Assembly: GCF_006345805.1 (NCBI RefSeq)
Contig: NW_021827240.1
Location: forward strand, 1 to 10,918
DNA from: Octopus sinensis
Lineage: Eukaryota
Direction: 5' to 3'
Length of the DNA: 10,918 bases
Part shown: positions 1 to 8,692 of the stretch, in pieces
Layout: the number at the start of each line of letters is the position of its first letter
Numbering within the stretch: the first letter of the stretch is position 1
Notes under the pieces: generated by a model
The model's input: only the letters and a program-made list of their open reading frames with translations
What the model was told of the DNA's origin: nothing
Databases searched by the model: none
Translations under genes and position numbers: made by a program

Positions 1-145
1 ATTGCGACTGTCGAGGGCGCATGGCCCAGATGTAGAACTTTGCAAATAAGCCTGTAGGTGTTCCTCTTTTGTAAAGTAGACAGAAGGTGTGACAGTATTT
101 TTGTTGTTTTTCTTATTATCAAATTTCATCCTTTTGCTTTGAAAA

Positions 146-396
146 TATAGGGTGTTGAAAAAGTCTCTCTGCAAAATAAATATTTTACAAGATGGTATAA
201 GACTACAAAAGAATATATTACACTTTACACGACTTCAAAAACAGAAGTAAAAAAAAAACACTTTATAAGAGGTGTTGAAAGTATCGTCCTTCATTTTCAA
301 CTTTTTTTTTTTTACTGCTGTGTGAGCAATCCCTAGGCTGATTTCTGCACGACGAACAAAATTCGCTGCGGACGGACTTTTTGAACGCCATTTATA
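146..396. mobile_element. Probable Tc1/mariner-type MITE remnant (degenerate terminal inverted repeats, TA-flanked)
   Basis: 151-173 (ggtgttgaaaaagtctctctgca) matches the reverse complement of 367-389 (ggcgttcaaaaagtccgtccgca) at 18/23. TATA lies just outside both (146-149, 393-396). A third, left-oriented copy is at 264-289 (tataagaggtgttgaaagtatcgtcc). The motif resembles mariner TIR starts of the TA-CGAGGGGT..TCAAAAAGT type (recalled). Confidence 0.45.
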
Positions 397-520
397 AAAG
401 TCAAAGCTAGAAAGACGAGTTTCTAATCTCTTACTAAATGGGTGTGTCATTTTTTTTTCACAAAATAATGTAGGTAGGGGGTAAATTTAGGCTGGTCCCG
501 TCTTTACTTCTTGTTGTTGT

Positions 521-747
521 TGAGCTGGTAGAAACGTTTGCACGCCAGGCGAAATGCGTAGCCGTATTTCGTCTGCCGTTACATTCGGGGTTCAAATTCC
601 GCCGAGGTCGACTTTGCCTTTCATCCTTTCGGGGTCGATAAATTAAGTACCAGTTACGCACTGGGGTCGATCTAATCGACTTAATCCCTTTGTCTGTCCT
701 TGTTTGTCCCCCCCTGTCTTTAGCCCCTTGTCGGTAGTAAAGAAATA
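521..747 (+). mobile_element. tRNA-derived SINE (abundant Octopus-type family)
   Basis: tRNA-like head with an A-box-like segment (gagctggtagaaacgtttgc, ~522-541) and B box ggttcaaattcc (589-600). The central block gaggtcgactttgcctttcatcctttcggggtcgataaattaagtaccag is followed by ctggggtcgatctaatcgacttaatccc (6-bp hairpin gtcgat-cta-atcgac, 666-680) and a 3' end ...gtagtaaagaaata. It matches a SINE I recall as very common in Octopus genomes. No clear TSD. Confidence 0.85.
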
Positions 748-961
748 TATTTAGAGTATTTCCTGTTTGCATTTGGAAAGTTGGGGTTATTAGGCAGGTA
801 TTTTAAATCATTGTCAATATAGAAAATGGTTTCTCTCATCCTTTGATGTTCACGCAAGTCTTTGAGTAAAGGTTGTATGTTTATATGATTCTCTGTAGGT
901 GTTCATTGTTCTATAAGGCATTCGATTGCTATACTGGGTCTTTAAACTTCCTGTTTCGCGG

Positions 962-1102
962 AGGTAGAGCTTGTTTATAAAATTTCTTCAAATTCAGTTC
1001 TAGATATATGCTAAAGAATGGGTTGGGGGTATGATAGAGAAGCACTAATCTCGAAGAGAATCTGAAGAAATTTTATAAACAAACACCAGACAAACTCTAC
1101 CT
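962..1102. repeat. Imperfect inverted repeat / hairpin
   Basis: 971-995 pairs with 1058-1082 at 24/25. 962-970 pairs with 1094-1102 at 8/9 after an 11-nt bulge (1083-1093). The 62-nt spacer shows weak further pairing. Confidence 0.8.
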
Positions 1103-1114
1103 AGATTAGATCTC

Positions 1115-1416
1115 TTGTGTATGTACATACTATCTACAAGCAATGAGACACGCATACACGCATACATTCATCAATACATACATACATACATACACAGACA
1201 AACACACACGCACACATATATATATATATATACACACATATGCGCAGGCACAGACTTATATACGAACAAATACATTTATACACATGCGTGGTCGTATACA
1301 CACATATGTATGATAGATATTAACTGATATGTTTAGACACACACGCGTACATATGTCTGTCTGTCGGTATATTTGTCTGTCTGTCTGCCTCTCTCTCTTT
1401 CTCTCTCTTCTCTCTT

Positions 1417-1450
<34 letters not shown>

Positions 1451-1523
1451 CATATACATATATCCTTGATATCTATGTGGTTGGGAGTCAGTATTTATAT
1501 TTGTATGTATGTATGAATATATG

Positions 1524-1563
<40 letters not shown>

Positions 1564-2122
1564 CATATGTACACACATGCTCGCACGCGCGCACCCACCC
1601 ACCACACACACACCTACACACACACCCACTCACACCCAAATAAACAATATATCTGCATGTAAAAGAATATCGGAATATCAATAAGCATGAATATATACAA
1701 ATCCATTCACACATAGAAACATACACACATGTGTGTATGTATATATGTATGTATATATGTGTGTGTATGTATGTATGTATGTATGTATATATATGTATGT
1801 GTGCGTATGTGTTTGTGTTTTAAAGATCGTAGTATATAGATATATGTCGTTCTCTCTCACTCTATCTCTCTTTCTATACATACATACGAACGTACATACA
1901 TACATACATACATACATACGTACGTACATACATACATACGTACATACATACATACACACATACCTACACACATACTTGCATACATACATACATACCTACA
2001 TGCATACATACATACATACATACATACATACATACATACATACATACATACATACATACATACATACATACATACATACATACATACACACATACACATA
2101 TACATAAATATACATATACACA
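1115..2122. repeat. Compound microsatellite block: (CATA)/(CA)/(TA), (TCTG), (CT), (TATG) and a long (CATA)n at ~1875-2122
   Basis: Directly visible di- and tetranucleotide tandem repeats. They explain the ORFs between 1115 and 2123. Confidence 0.95.
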
Positions 2123-2382
2123 TCCGAAGTAATGCCTGTCATATACTTGTATGAAATTTATCTATTCTCCCCCCTCCTCACCCCACAACCCATATAACTT
2201 ATATTCTTCTAGGCGCCATTTTTCTTCCTTTTCTATTAATTTTTTTCTTTGTTTTTTTTTAATTTTTGTTTTCTTTTATTCTCATATTTTACAATTTGTA
2301 TCTTTTTTTTTTTGTTTTTGTTATTCATCATCGCGGATTTTATATATTTTTCAATAACATTATTTATGTGATCGACTGTCCT

Positions 2383-2480
2383 CTCTTTCCTTCCTTTCTT
2401 CCTTCCTTCCTTCCTTCTTTCCTTCCTTCCTTTCTTCCTTCCTTCCTTCTTTCCTTGTTTGTTTGCTTGTTTGTTTGTTT
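2383..2480. repeat. (TTCC)n followed by (TTTG)n microsatellite
   Basis: Visible ccttccttcc units at ~2383-2455, then gtttgtttg units to 2480. Confidence 0.95.
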
Positions 2481-2510
2481 CATTCTGGCTCTCTTCAAAC
2501 TCACCTCTTC

Positions 2511-2816
2511 GTATGTATGTATGTATGTATGTGTATGTGTATGTATGTTTGTATGTATGTATGTATGTATGTATGTATGTTTGTATGTATTTATGTATGT
2601 ATGCATGTATGTATATATGTATGTATGTATGTATGTAATGTATGTATGTGTGTATGTATGTATGTGTGTATGTATATATGCTTGTATGTATGTATATATG
2701 TATGCCTGTATGTATGTATGTAGGTATGTTTGTATGTATGTATGTATGTATATATGTATGTATGTATGCATGTATGTATATATGTATGTATGTATTTATG
2801 TATGTATGCATGTATG

Positions 2817-2850
<34 letters not shown>

Positions 2851-2852
2851 TG

Positions 2853-2883
<31 letters not shown>

Positions 2884-3220
2884 TGTATGTATGTGTGTAT
2901 GTATGTATGTATATATGCTTGTATGTATGTATATATGTATGCCTGTATGTATGTATGTATGTATGTATGTGTGTATGTATGTATGTATGTTTGTATGTAT
3001 GTATGTATGTTCGTATGTATGTATGTATGTATGTATGTATGTATGTGTGTGTGTTGGTATGTATGTATGTATGTTTGTATGTATGTATGTAGGTATGCAT
3101 GCATGCATGTATGTATGTATGTATGTATATGTATGTATGTATGTATGTATGTAGGTATGTATGTATGTATGTTACGTGTGTATGTATGTTATGTATGTAT
3201 ATTCGGTATGTATACAATGC
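2511..3220. repeat. ~700-bp interrupted (TATG)n microsatellite
   Basis: Visible tetranucleotide array with variant units (GCAT, TATA, TAAT, GCTT, GCCT, TAGG, TTTG). Confidence 0.97.
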
Positions 3221-3226
3221 ATCTGC

Positions 3227-3830
<604 letters not shown>

Positions 3831-4093
3831 CATTGTTTTACTTCCCATCATACAATTCGCATTTCCACGCCCCACCCCACAACAAAATCCTACGGATGAT
3901 TCTACTGACCTCGTTATTTACACGACTATTTCTAGACAAGAAAACAAGGTAACAAAGCCAGATTTAAATAATTAACATTAATTATGATTAAAGTGCAGAG
4001 AGAAATGTGTCTAAACTTTAGCAGTAAGGCTGAAAGCTATTGAATGTTTCGACCTCATTAGATCTTATCAGCGAAATATAGTTTAACACTTAC

Positions 4094-4254
4094 TGCAGGA
4101 TCTTGAAAGGAGACCAGGGAAGGGAATTTCCGTGATTCAACACGAAGCTGTTTGATTATTTTAAAAGAATAATTAGCGAGTCTTTGGCTAATGGTGTAGT
4201 TGTTGTTGTTGTTGTTGCTCAGCTTCATATAATCTTCCGCCATGAAATAGGTTT
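4094..4254 (-). other. Candidate 161-nt exon (unverified)
   Basis: On the minus strand, acceptor cccttttcttcatcag| precedes 4254 and donor GCA|gtaagt follows 4094. One frame is open throughout (TYFMAEDYMKLSNNNNNNYTISQRLANYSFKIIKQLRVESRKFPSLVSFQDPA) with an ATG in ttcATGG context. No recognisable homology; poly-N comes from a (CAA)n repeat. Confidence 0.25.
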
Positions 4255-4402
4255 CTGATGAAGAAAAGGGATACTGACCAAGAATATTCTCTCGTTTTTA
4301 AATTTTATTTTTCGATAATGAACATTCCTTTGTATAATTAACTGAATGACAAATTCGTTAAATTAATAGATAAGGGGCTGAGTACTCCGCAGACGTGTGT
4401 AT

Positions 4403-4734
4403 TAAGAAATTGGAATTCTCTCGGTTACGGCGACTATTGCTCCAGTTGATCCGATCAACGGAGCAGTCTGCTCATGAAATTAACATGCAGGTGGCTGGGT
4501 ACTCCACAGACAAATGTACCTTTAACGTAGTTCTCAGGGAGATTCAGCGTGACACAGAATGTAACGAGGCTGGCTCTTTGAAATACAGTTACAACACATT
4601 TTTGTCAGCTGACTGGACTGGAGCAACGTGAAATAAAGTGTCTTCCTCAAGGACACAACGCATCACCGTGAATCGAACTCACAACTTTACGATCGTAGAC
4701 CGAGTACCCCAATCCGCTTAGACACGCGCCTTTA
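4403..4734 (-). mobile_element. tRNA-derived CORE-like SINE, near full length
   Basis: The minus strand starts ggcgcgtgtctaagcggattgggg (A-box-like, from 4730) with B box gagttcgattc (4680-4670). CORE-like gttgtgtccttgaggaagacacttta (~4659-4634) resembles the CORE consensus TGTGACCTTGGGCAAGTCACTTAA. The body ends ...gatcggatcaactggagcaatagtcgccgtaaccgagag. Flanked by a 10/13 direct repeat (4390-4402 and 4735-4747). Confidence 0.85.
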
Positions 4735-4830
4735 CAGATGCCTGTATACCCTTAGCATAGCTCTCAGGTTGACTCAAGATGTCACAATATGCAACAAAGC
4801 TAAACCTTTGAATTACGAGTGTAATCCACT
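4735..4830 (-). mobile_element. Older, more diverged SINE remnant sharing the body of the neighbouring SINE (continues at 4376-4402)
   Basis: 4743-4820 (tgtatacccttagcatagctctcaggttgactcaagatgtcacaatatgcaacaaagctaaacctttgaattac) aligns collinearly with ~4514-4588 (tgtacctttaacgtagttctcagggagattcagcgtgacacagaatgtaacgaggctggctctttgaaatac), roughly two-thirds identical by eye. 4376-4401 (ggctgagtactccgcagacgtgtgta) matches the adjoining SINE segment at ~4493-4518. Confidence 0.6.
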
Positions 4831-4954
4831 CGATAGGCTTCCGCATAGTTTCCACTAGCTCAATTATGTTCACATGGCTTGGACTAATCTAAATTCTACG
4901 GGGAAAAAATAATCGCTAAAGATATCCTCTTCACTTTAAATCAAACCTGTGGCT

Positions 4955-5067
4955 TCATGATTCTCTGAAATTTAAAATGAGAATATGTTTTTATTATCTA
5001 TATTCTAACAGTGGTGCTTTGTAACTCTGTTACAAGGTAGTTCCTTCCTTAAAGGAACATTTCAAAT
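4955..5067 (+). mobile_element. RLE-type LINE remnant, copy A (ORF end and 3' UTR only)
   Basis: 5040-5067 matches 5927-5954 at 25/28. 5016-5031 matches 6427-6442 at 15/16. ttctctgaaatttaaaatgagaatatgtttttattatcta (~4961-5000) resembles tttctcaagtttaaaatgtgaaattgtctttgttatcta (5841-5879). Confidence 0.65.
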
Positions 5068-5075
5068 CGAAGATA

Positions 5076-5520
5076 CCATACATACATACATACATACATA
5101 CATGCATACATACATACACACATACATACTTGCATACATACATGCATGCATACTTACATACATGTATATATACATACATACATGCATGCATGCATACATA
5201 CATACATGCATACATACATATCCCCACATACAGAACTATATTCATACATGCATACATACATACGTGCATATATATATACACACATACCTATATACATGCA
5301 TGAATGCATACATACATACATGTATGCATACATACATACATACATAATACGTACATGCATACATACATACATACATACATACATAAATACATACATACAT
5401 ACATACATACATACATACATACATACATCATACATGCATGCATGCATGCATACATACATACATACATACATACATACATACAGAAGTGCATTCATACATG
5501 CATATACACACACATACATA
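5076..5520. repeat. (CATA)n microsatellite with CATG/TA variants
   Basis: Visible tandem array lying between LINE copies A and B. Confidence 0.97.
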
Positions 5521-5958
5521 GACTAGATATTGTTGTTTGTGAGTGACAAGATAACGTGTGAAACCCCATAAAGGTCAGATGCTCTGCTGATGTGAATTTC
5601 TCTTCAAAAATCAAGGAATAAAAGGATAACTACGCCGAATTACTTCGAAACATCCACTGCTATATCCAGACTATAACATTTATACCAATAATAACTTGTA
5701 TACTTGGTTTTGTGAGTAAATGTTTAAGCGACAGTCTCGAAAAGCCTCGTTTCCAGCGAAAGACATCAACCAGCGAATTCGCAAACTACAAAAGGAGAGA
5801 AAATAAAATGTAAGACTTTCTCAAGTTTAAAATGTATGACTTTCTCAAGTTTAAAATGTGAAATTGTCTTTGTTATCTACACACCAACAATGTAATTTTA
5901 TAACTTTATATCTTTGTTATAAACCTGCTCCTTCCTTACAGGAAGATTTCAAATAATT
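5520..5958 (+). mobile_element. RLE-type (R2-group, probably R4/Dong-like) non-LTR retrotransposon, 5'-truncated decayed copy B
   Basis: Translation from 5520 gives RLDIVVCE*QDNV*NPIKVRCSADVNFSSKIKE*KDNYAELLRNI. After frameshifts it continues (L)LYPDY..FIPIITCILGFVSKCLSDSLEK..KDINQRIRKLQ..KTFLKFKM*. This fits the PD-(D/E)xK restriction-like endonuclease C-terminus pattern RPDIVV..IEVSCPAD.N...KE.EK..Y..L......PII.GALG. Stops and frameshifts show it is inactive. Confidence 0.8.
5804..5859 (+). repeat. 24-bp tandem duplication (2.3 copies)
   Basis: taaaatgtaagactttctcaagtt (5804-5827), taaaatgtatgactttctcaagtt (5828-5851), taaaatgt (5852-5859); one mismatch. Confidence 0.95.
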
Positions 5959-5959
5959 A

Positions 5960-6481
5960 AAAATAGCAGAGAACTTACATATACGCCTCTGGAATAAATA
6001 TAGACTCCCCACAACCACCACCGCTGTTATGAAGTGCATACTTATACATCAACACATGGAATATCGATGGAACTTTCTTATCAAAACTTCTAGGAATTGC
6101 AAACACAAGTCGGATATTCAGAAAGGAAAAAGTGCGTCACCGTCTTAGAAGTCAGCAGCCTTGCTAACGTTAATATCGAAAGTGAAAGAAAAGGAGGATA
6201 ACTATGGAAGCCTCTAGCTTCTATGCGTGGATTATAAATTCACATGTACGGTAATAACAATTGGCGCTCTTGATTTTGTGAGTAAATGTCCTGATCACAA
6301 TCTGGATAAGCTAGGGCTTTCAGGAAAAGAAATCACGCAGAGAACTCGTAAATTACAAGTACAATCTGTAAGTCGAACAATAAAGTCCAAAGTGTGCAAT
6401 TTTGTTACTGACGTCTCAATGATGAAGCTTTGTATCTCTGTTTGGAACTGCTCCTTCCTTGCTGGAAGATTTCAAATAATT
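5960..6481 (+). mobile_element. RLE-type (probably R4/Dong-like) non-LTR retrotransposon, 5'-truncated decayed copy C
   Basis: Reading from 5957 gives IAENLHIRLWNKYRLP...HMEYRWNFLIKTSRNCKHKSDI. Frameshifted segments follow: ERKKCVTVLEVSSLANVNI, EKEDNYGSL, and DYKFTCTVITIGALDFVSKCPDHNLDKLGLSGKEITQRTRKLQVQSVS (ORF 6227). Identical blocks with copy B: ttttgtgagtaaatgt (5708-5723 / 6274-6289) and aggataacta (5623-5632 / 6195-6204). 3' ends 5925-5958 and 6448-6481 match at 32/34. Confidence 0.85.
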
Positions 6482-6531
6482 GAAAAACAAGTGTATGTTC
6501 TTTTTCTAAAAATTAAAAGAGAATAAAAAAG

Positions 6532-6645
6532 ACATATACACACGCGCGCGCACACACATATACATGCACAAATACTTACGTACAACCCTCCCCTATACAC
6601 TCACACACACATACATACATACACACATACACACATATACACACA
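6532..6645. repeat. (CA)/(CATA)/(CG) compound microsatellite
   Basis: Visible repeats immediately downstream of LINE copy C. Confidence 0.9.
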
Positions 6646-6859
6646 TTTTATAATCATGTACACTGAACCTGAAACATTGTTCGAAGACACAAGTGAGGTT
6701 ATACAAATCTTTCCTGATTACCGTGTCTCCATAGCATGAAACTATTAGTAACTCTTATTTTAACACTGCATAGATTTAAATGATACATCTCTAATGATAC
6801 CTCTCACTGGATTGAGAACTTTTTTGTTGATCCTATCTACACTGGGTATACACTACTAT

Positions 6860-6990
6860 ACTATACTATACTATATATATATATATATATATGTTTGTGT
6901 GTGTGTGTTTATACACATGTCTGTATGCATACATATTATTTCTTTATCATTATATCTACATATGTATGGATATATATATATCTGTATTTG

Positions 6991-7029
<39 letters not shown>

Positions 7030-7050
7030 ACACATGCGCACACACATATT
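6860..7050. repeat. (TA)/(TG)/(CA)n compound microsatellite
   Basis: Visible dinucleotide runs, e.g. (CA)n at ~6993-7023. Confidence 0.9.
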
Positions 7051-7559
7051 CCAAATATGCTCAAGTCTCTGTAGCAATTATTAAGGCGCAAAAAAATAAT
7101 ATAATACTTAATAAATATAAGAGATATTTCGTTAAGTAGAAGACAATAGAATATACTATTAGAAAAAAGAAAAAAAAAAGAAATTTAAAAACAAAAAAAA
7201 ACTAGAAATAATAAGAAAAAAAATCAAATAAATACATAAACGAAAATAAAAATATTATAACTAAATAGGTAAATAAACGTGACTAGAATCCTCGGGGGAA
7301 AGAAGTGAGACGAAAATTGAAAGAAAGAAAATGGAATTTGAGAGAAACGACATGAGCGAAGGTATTGGCATGTTATTCTGGTTTTAAAAATAGATATTTT
7401 TAGATGTGTAGATCAATGCAGATGTTTCTAGATATATTATTATTCCCAAGACATAAGACAATACGATAATTTCTTTTGAGCACAAGAAAGCATATTCTAG
7501 TCACCTTCTCTCCCTCTTTCGCTCACACTGCTTCTGTCTCTCACTACTCTGTATGTGCT

Positions 7560-7613
7560 TAGACACACACACACATATCTATACATATACATATATATAT
7601 ATATATATATATC

Positions 7614-7673
<60 letters not shown>

Positions 7674-7860
7674 TATATGATATACAAGTATATGCATACT
7701 ATGTCGTGGTGTGCATATATATATATATATATATATGTATATATGCGTATATATGTATACATATAGAAACATATATTTCTATAGCTTATATGCATACATG
7801 GTTATGAATTCACACACATATACATAAGAATATAACACATGTAGAATATATATATATGTT

Positions 7861-7893
<33 letters not shown>

Positions 7894-7916
7894 GTATATA
7901 TGTTTTATATTAGATA

Positions 7917-7965
<49 letters not shown>

Positions 7966-8055
7966 AATATATATGTGGTGTGTGTGTATGCACATATGTT
8001 CTCTCTCTATGTATATATATATATATTTAGACTTATGTATATGTTTATTCATATG
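7560..8055. repeat. (TA)n-dominated microsatellite block
   Basis: Long TA runs at ~7590-7670 and ~7850-7960 with TATG/CA interruptions. Confidence 0.95.
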
Positions 8056-8065
8056 CATAATGCAG

Positions 8066-8166
8066 ATAAACACAGACATAGTTGGATTATACGTTAATCA
8101 TATTACAACTGTCTTGCCTGATGAACCCATAAACGTGGAAACTCAGTGTCTAAATGTGATTGCCAG
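8066..8166 (+). other. Candidate 101-nt coding exon (unverified)
   Basis: tgcag| ends at 8065 (alternative cacag| at 8075) and the donor is CAG|gtaatc at 8166/8167. One open frame: INTDIVGLYVNHITTVLPDEPINVETQCLNVIA(R). The polypyrimidine tract is weak and I recognise no homologue. Confidence 0.25.
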
Positions 8167-8626
8167 GTAATCCGGCATTTCAGTAAAATTGTTAGGCTCT
8201 GTCTACATCCACGTGTTTACGTTTCCACTGTGAAAGTGTACACGTCTAGAAGAGCAACACTCTTGTGAGTGTCTGTTGCGCAGAAGCCGGAGTTAAGGTC
8301 GTAAAATCAATCCAACCGAAACTAAAAACTATCAAAAATGGAAGGTTCAGTGCAAAAAGAAAAAAATGTTTTGAGGTCATCCAATACTGCTGCAACTACT
8401 ACCCAACCAGTATCAGAAGGAAACGACTGACAAGAACCATGTAACTTTTTTCTCTGAGGCAAATCATGCGAACTTCCTGGACACTGTACTGAAGCAAGAA
8501 TTTCGTCTTGGCACGCGGCTAGCATGTACACGGCTACAGCAACGATGCTCGTCTCCCTCCGACATATATTGAGAAATTTTATCGCAAAGGACACAGCATC
8601 ATATTTTCAACAGTGTATATGCATTT

Positions 8627-8692
8627 AGTAGTAGTAGTAGCAGCAGCAGCAACAGCCGTAGCAGCAGTAGCAGTAGTAGTATATATATATAT
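8627..8692. repeat. (AGT)/(AGC)n trinucleotide repeat ending in (TA)n
   Basis: tagtagtagtagcagcagcagcaacagccgtagcagcagtagcagtagtagtatatat. Confidence 0.9.

Noticed and set aside
15-40. gggcgcatggcccagatgtaga resembling a SINE/tRNA head
   Set aside because: No B box or SINE body follows.
458-772. 104-aa minus-strand ORF
   Set aside because: It is essentially the antisense reading of the SINE at 521-747.
850-972. Minus reading KLYLRETGSLKTQYSNR..., faintly like a Penelope GIY-YIG YxGETGRSLxxR motif
   Set aside because: The match is short, the Gly is missing and there is no supporting up- or downstream motif; it needs an HMM search.
2168-2190. C-rich tracts (also ~3865-3880) as possible G-quadruplexes, sharing caccccacaac
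   Set aside because: Fewer than four separable G3 runs, and the 11-nt match is low complexity.
2212-2222. YY1-like CGCCATTTT motif (similar words at ~386, ~4238, ~9082, ~9173)
   Set aside because: Short motifs with no promoter context; expected by chance in 11 kb.
2496-2510. Strong minus-strand donor GAG|gtgagt
   Set aside because: The upstream sequence is pure (CATA)n with no acceptor, so no exon can be defined.
4395-4631. 78-aa plus-strand ORF
   Set aside because: It lies within the SINE at 4403-4734, antisense to it.
6656-6739. Small ORF MYTEPETLFEDTSEVIQIFPDYRVSIA, with a possible donor gtgagg and faint LINE-like words (EPET, PDY)
   Set aside because: Only 27 codons, no acceptor, and no collinear DNA similarity to the LINE copies; consistent with chance.
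8118-8150. CTGATGA...GAAAC...GTC, resembling a hammerhead ribozyme core
   Set aside because: Stem II has no R-Y closing pair next to GAAA, and the stem I strands (gtcttgc and taaatgt) are not complementary. The CTGATGA at 4255 also lacks the rest of the core.
8322-8594. Minus ORF segment GWVVVAAVLDDL resembling the Cys-loop receptor M4 motif W..VA.VLDR
   Set aside because: The residues after it (KTFFSFCTEPS) are not a hydrophobic helix, and there is no convincing splice acceptor.
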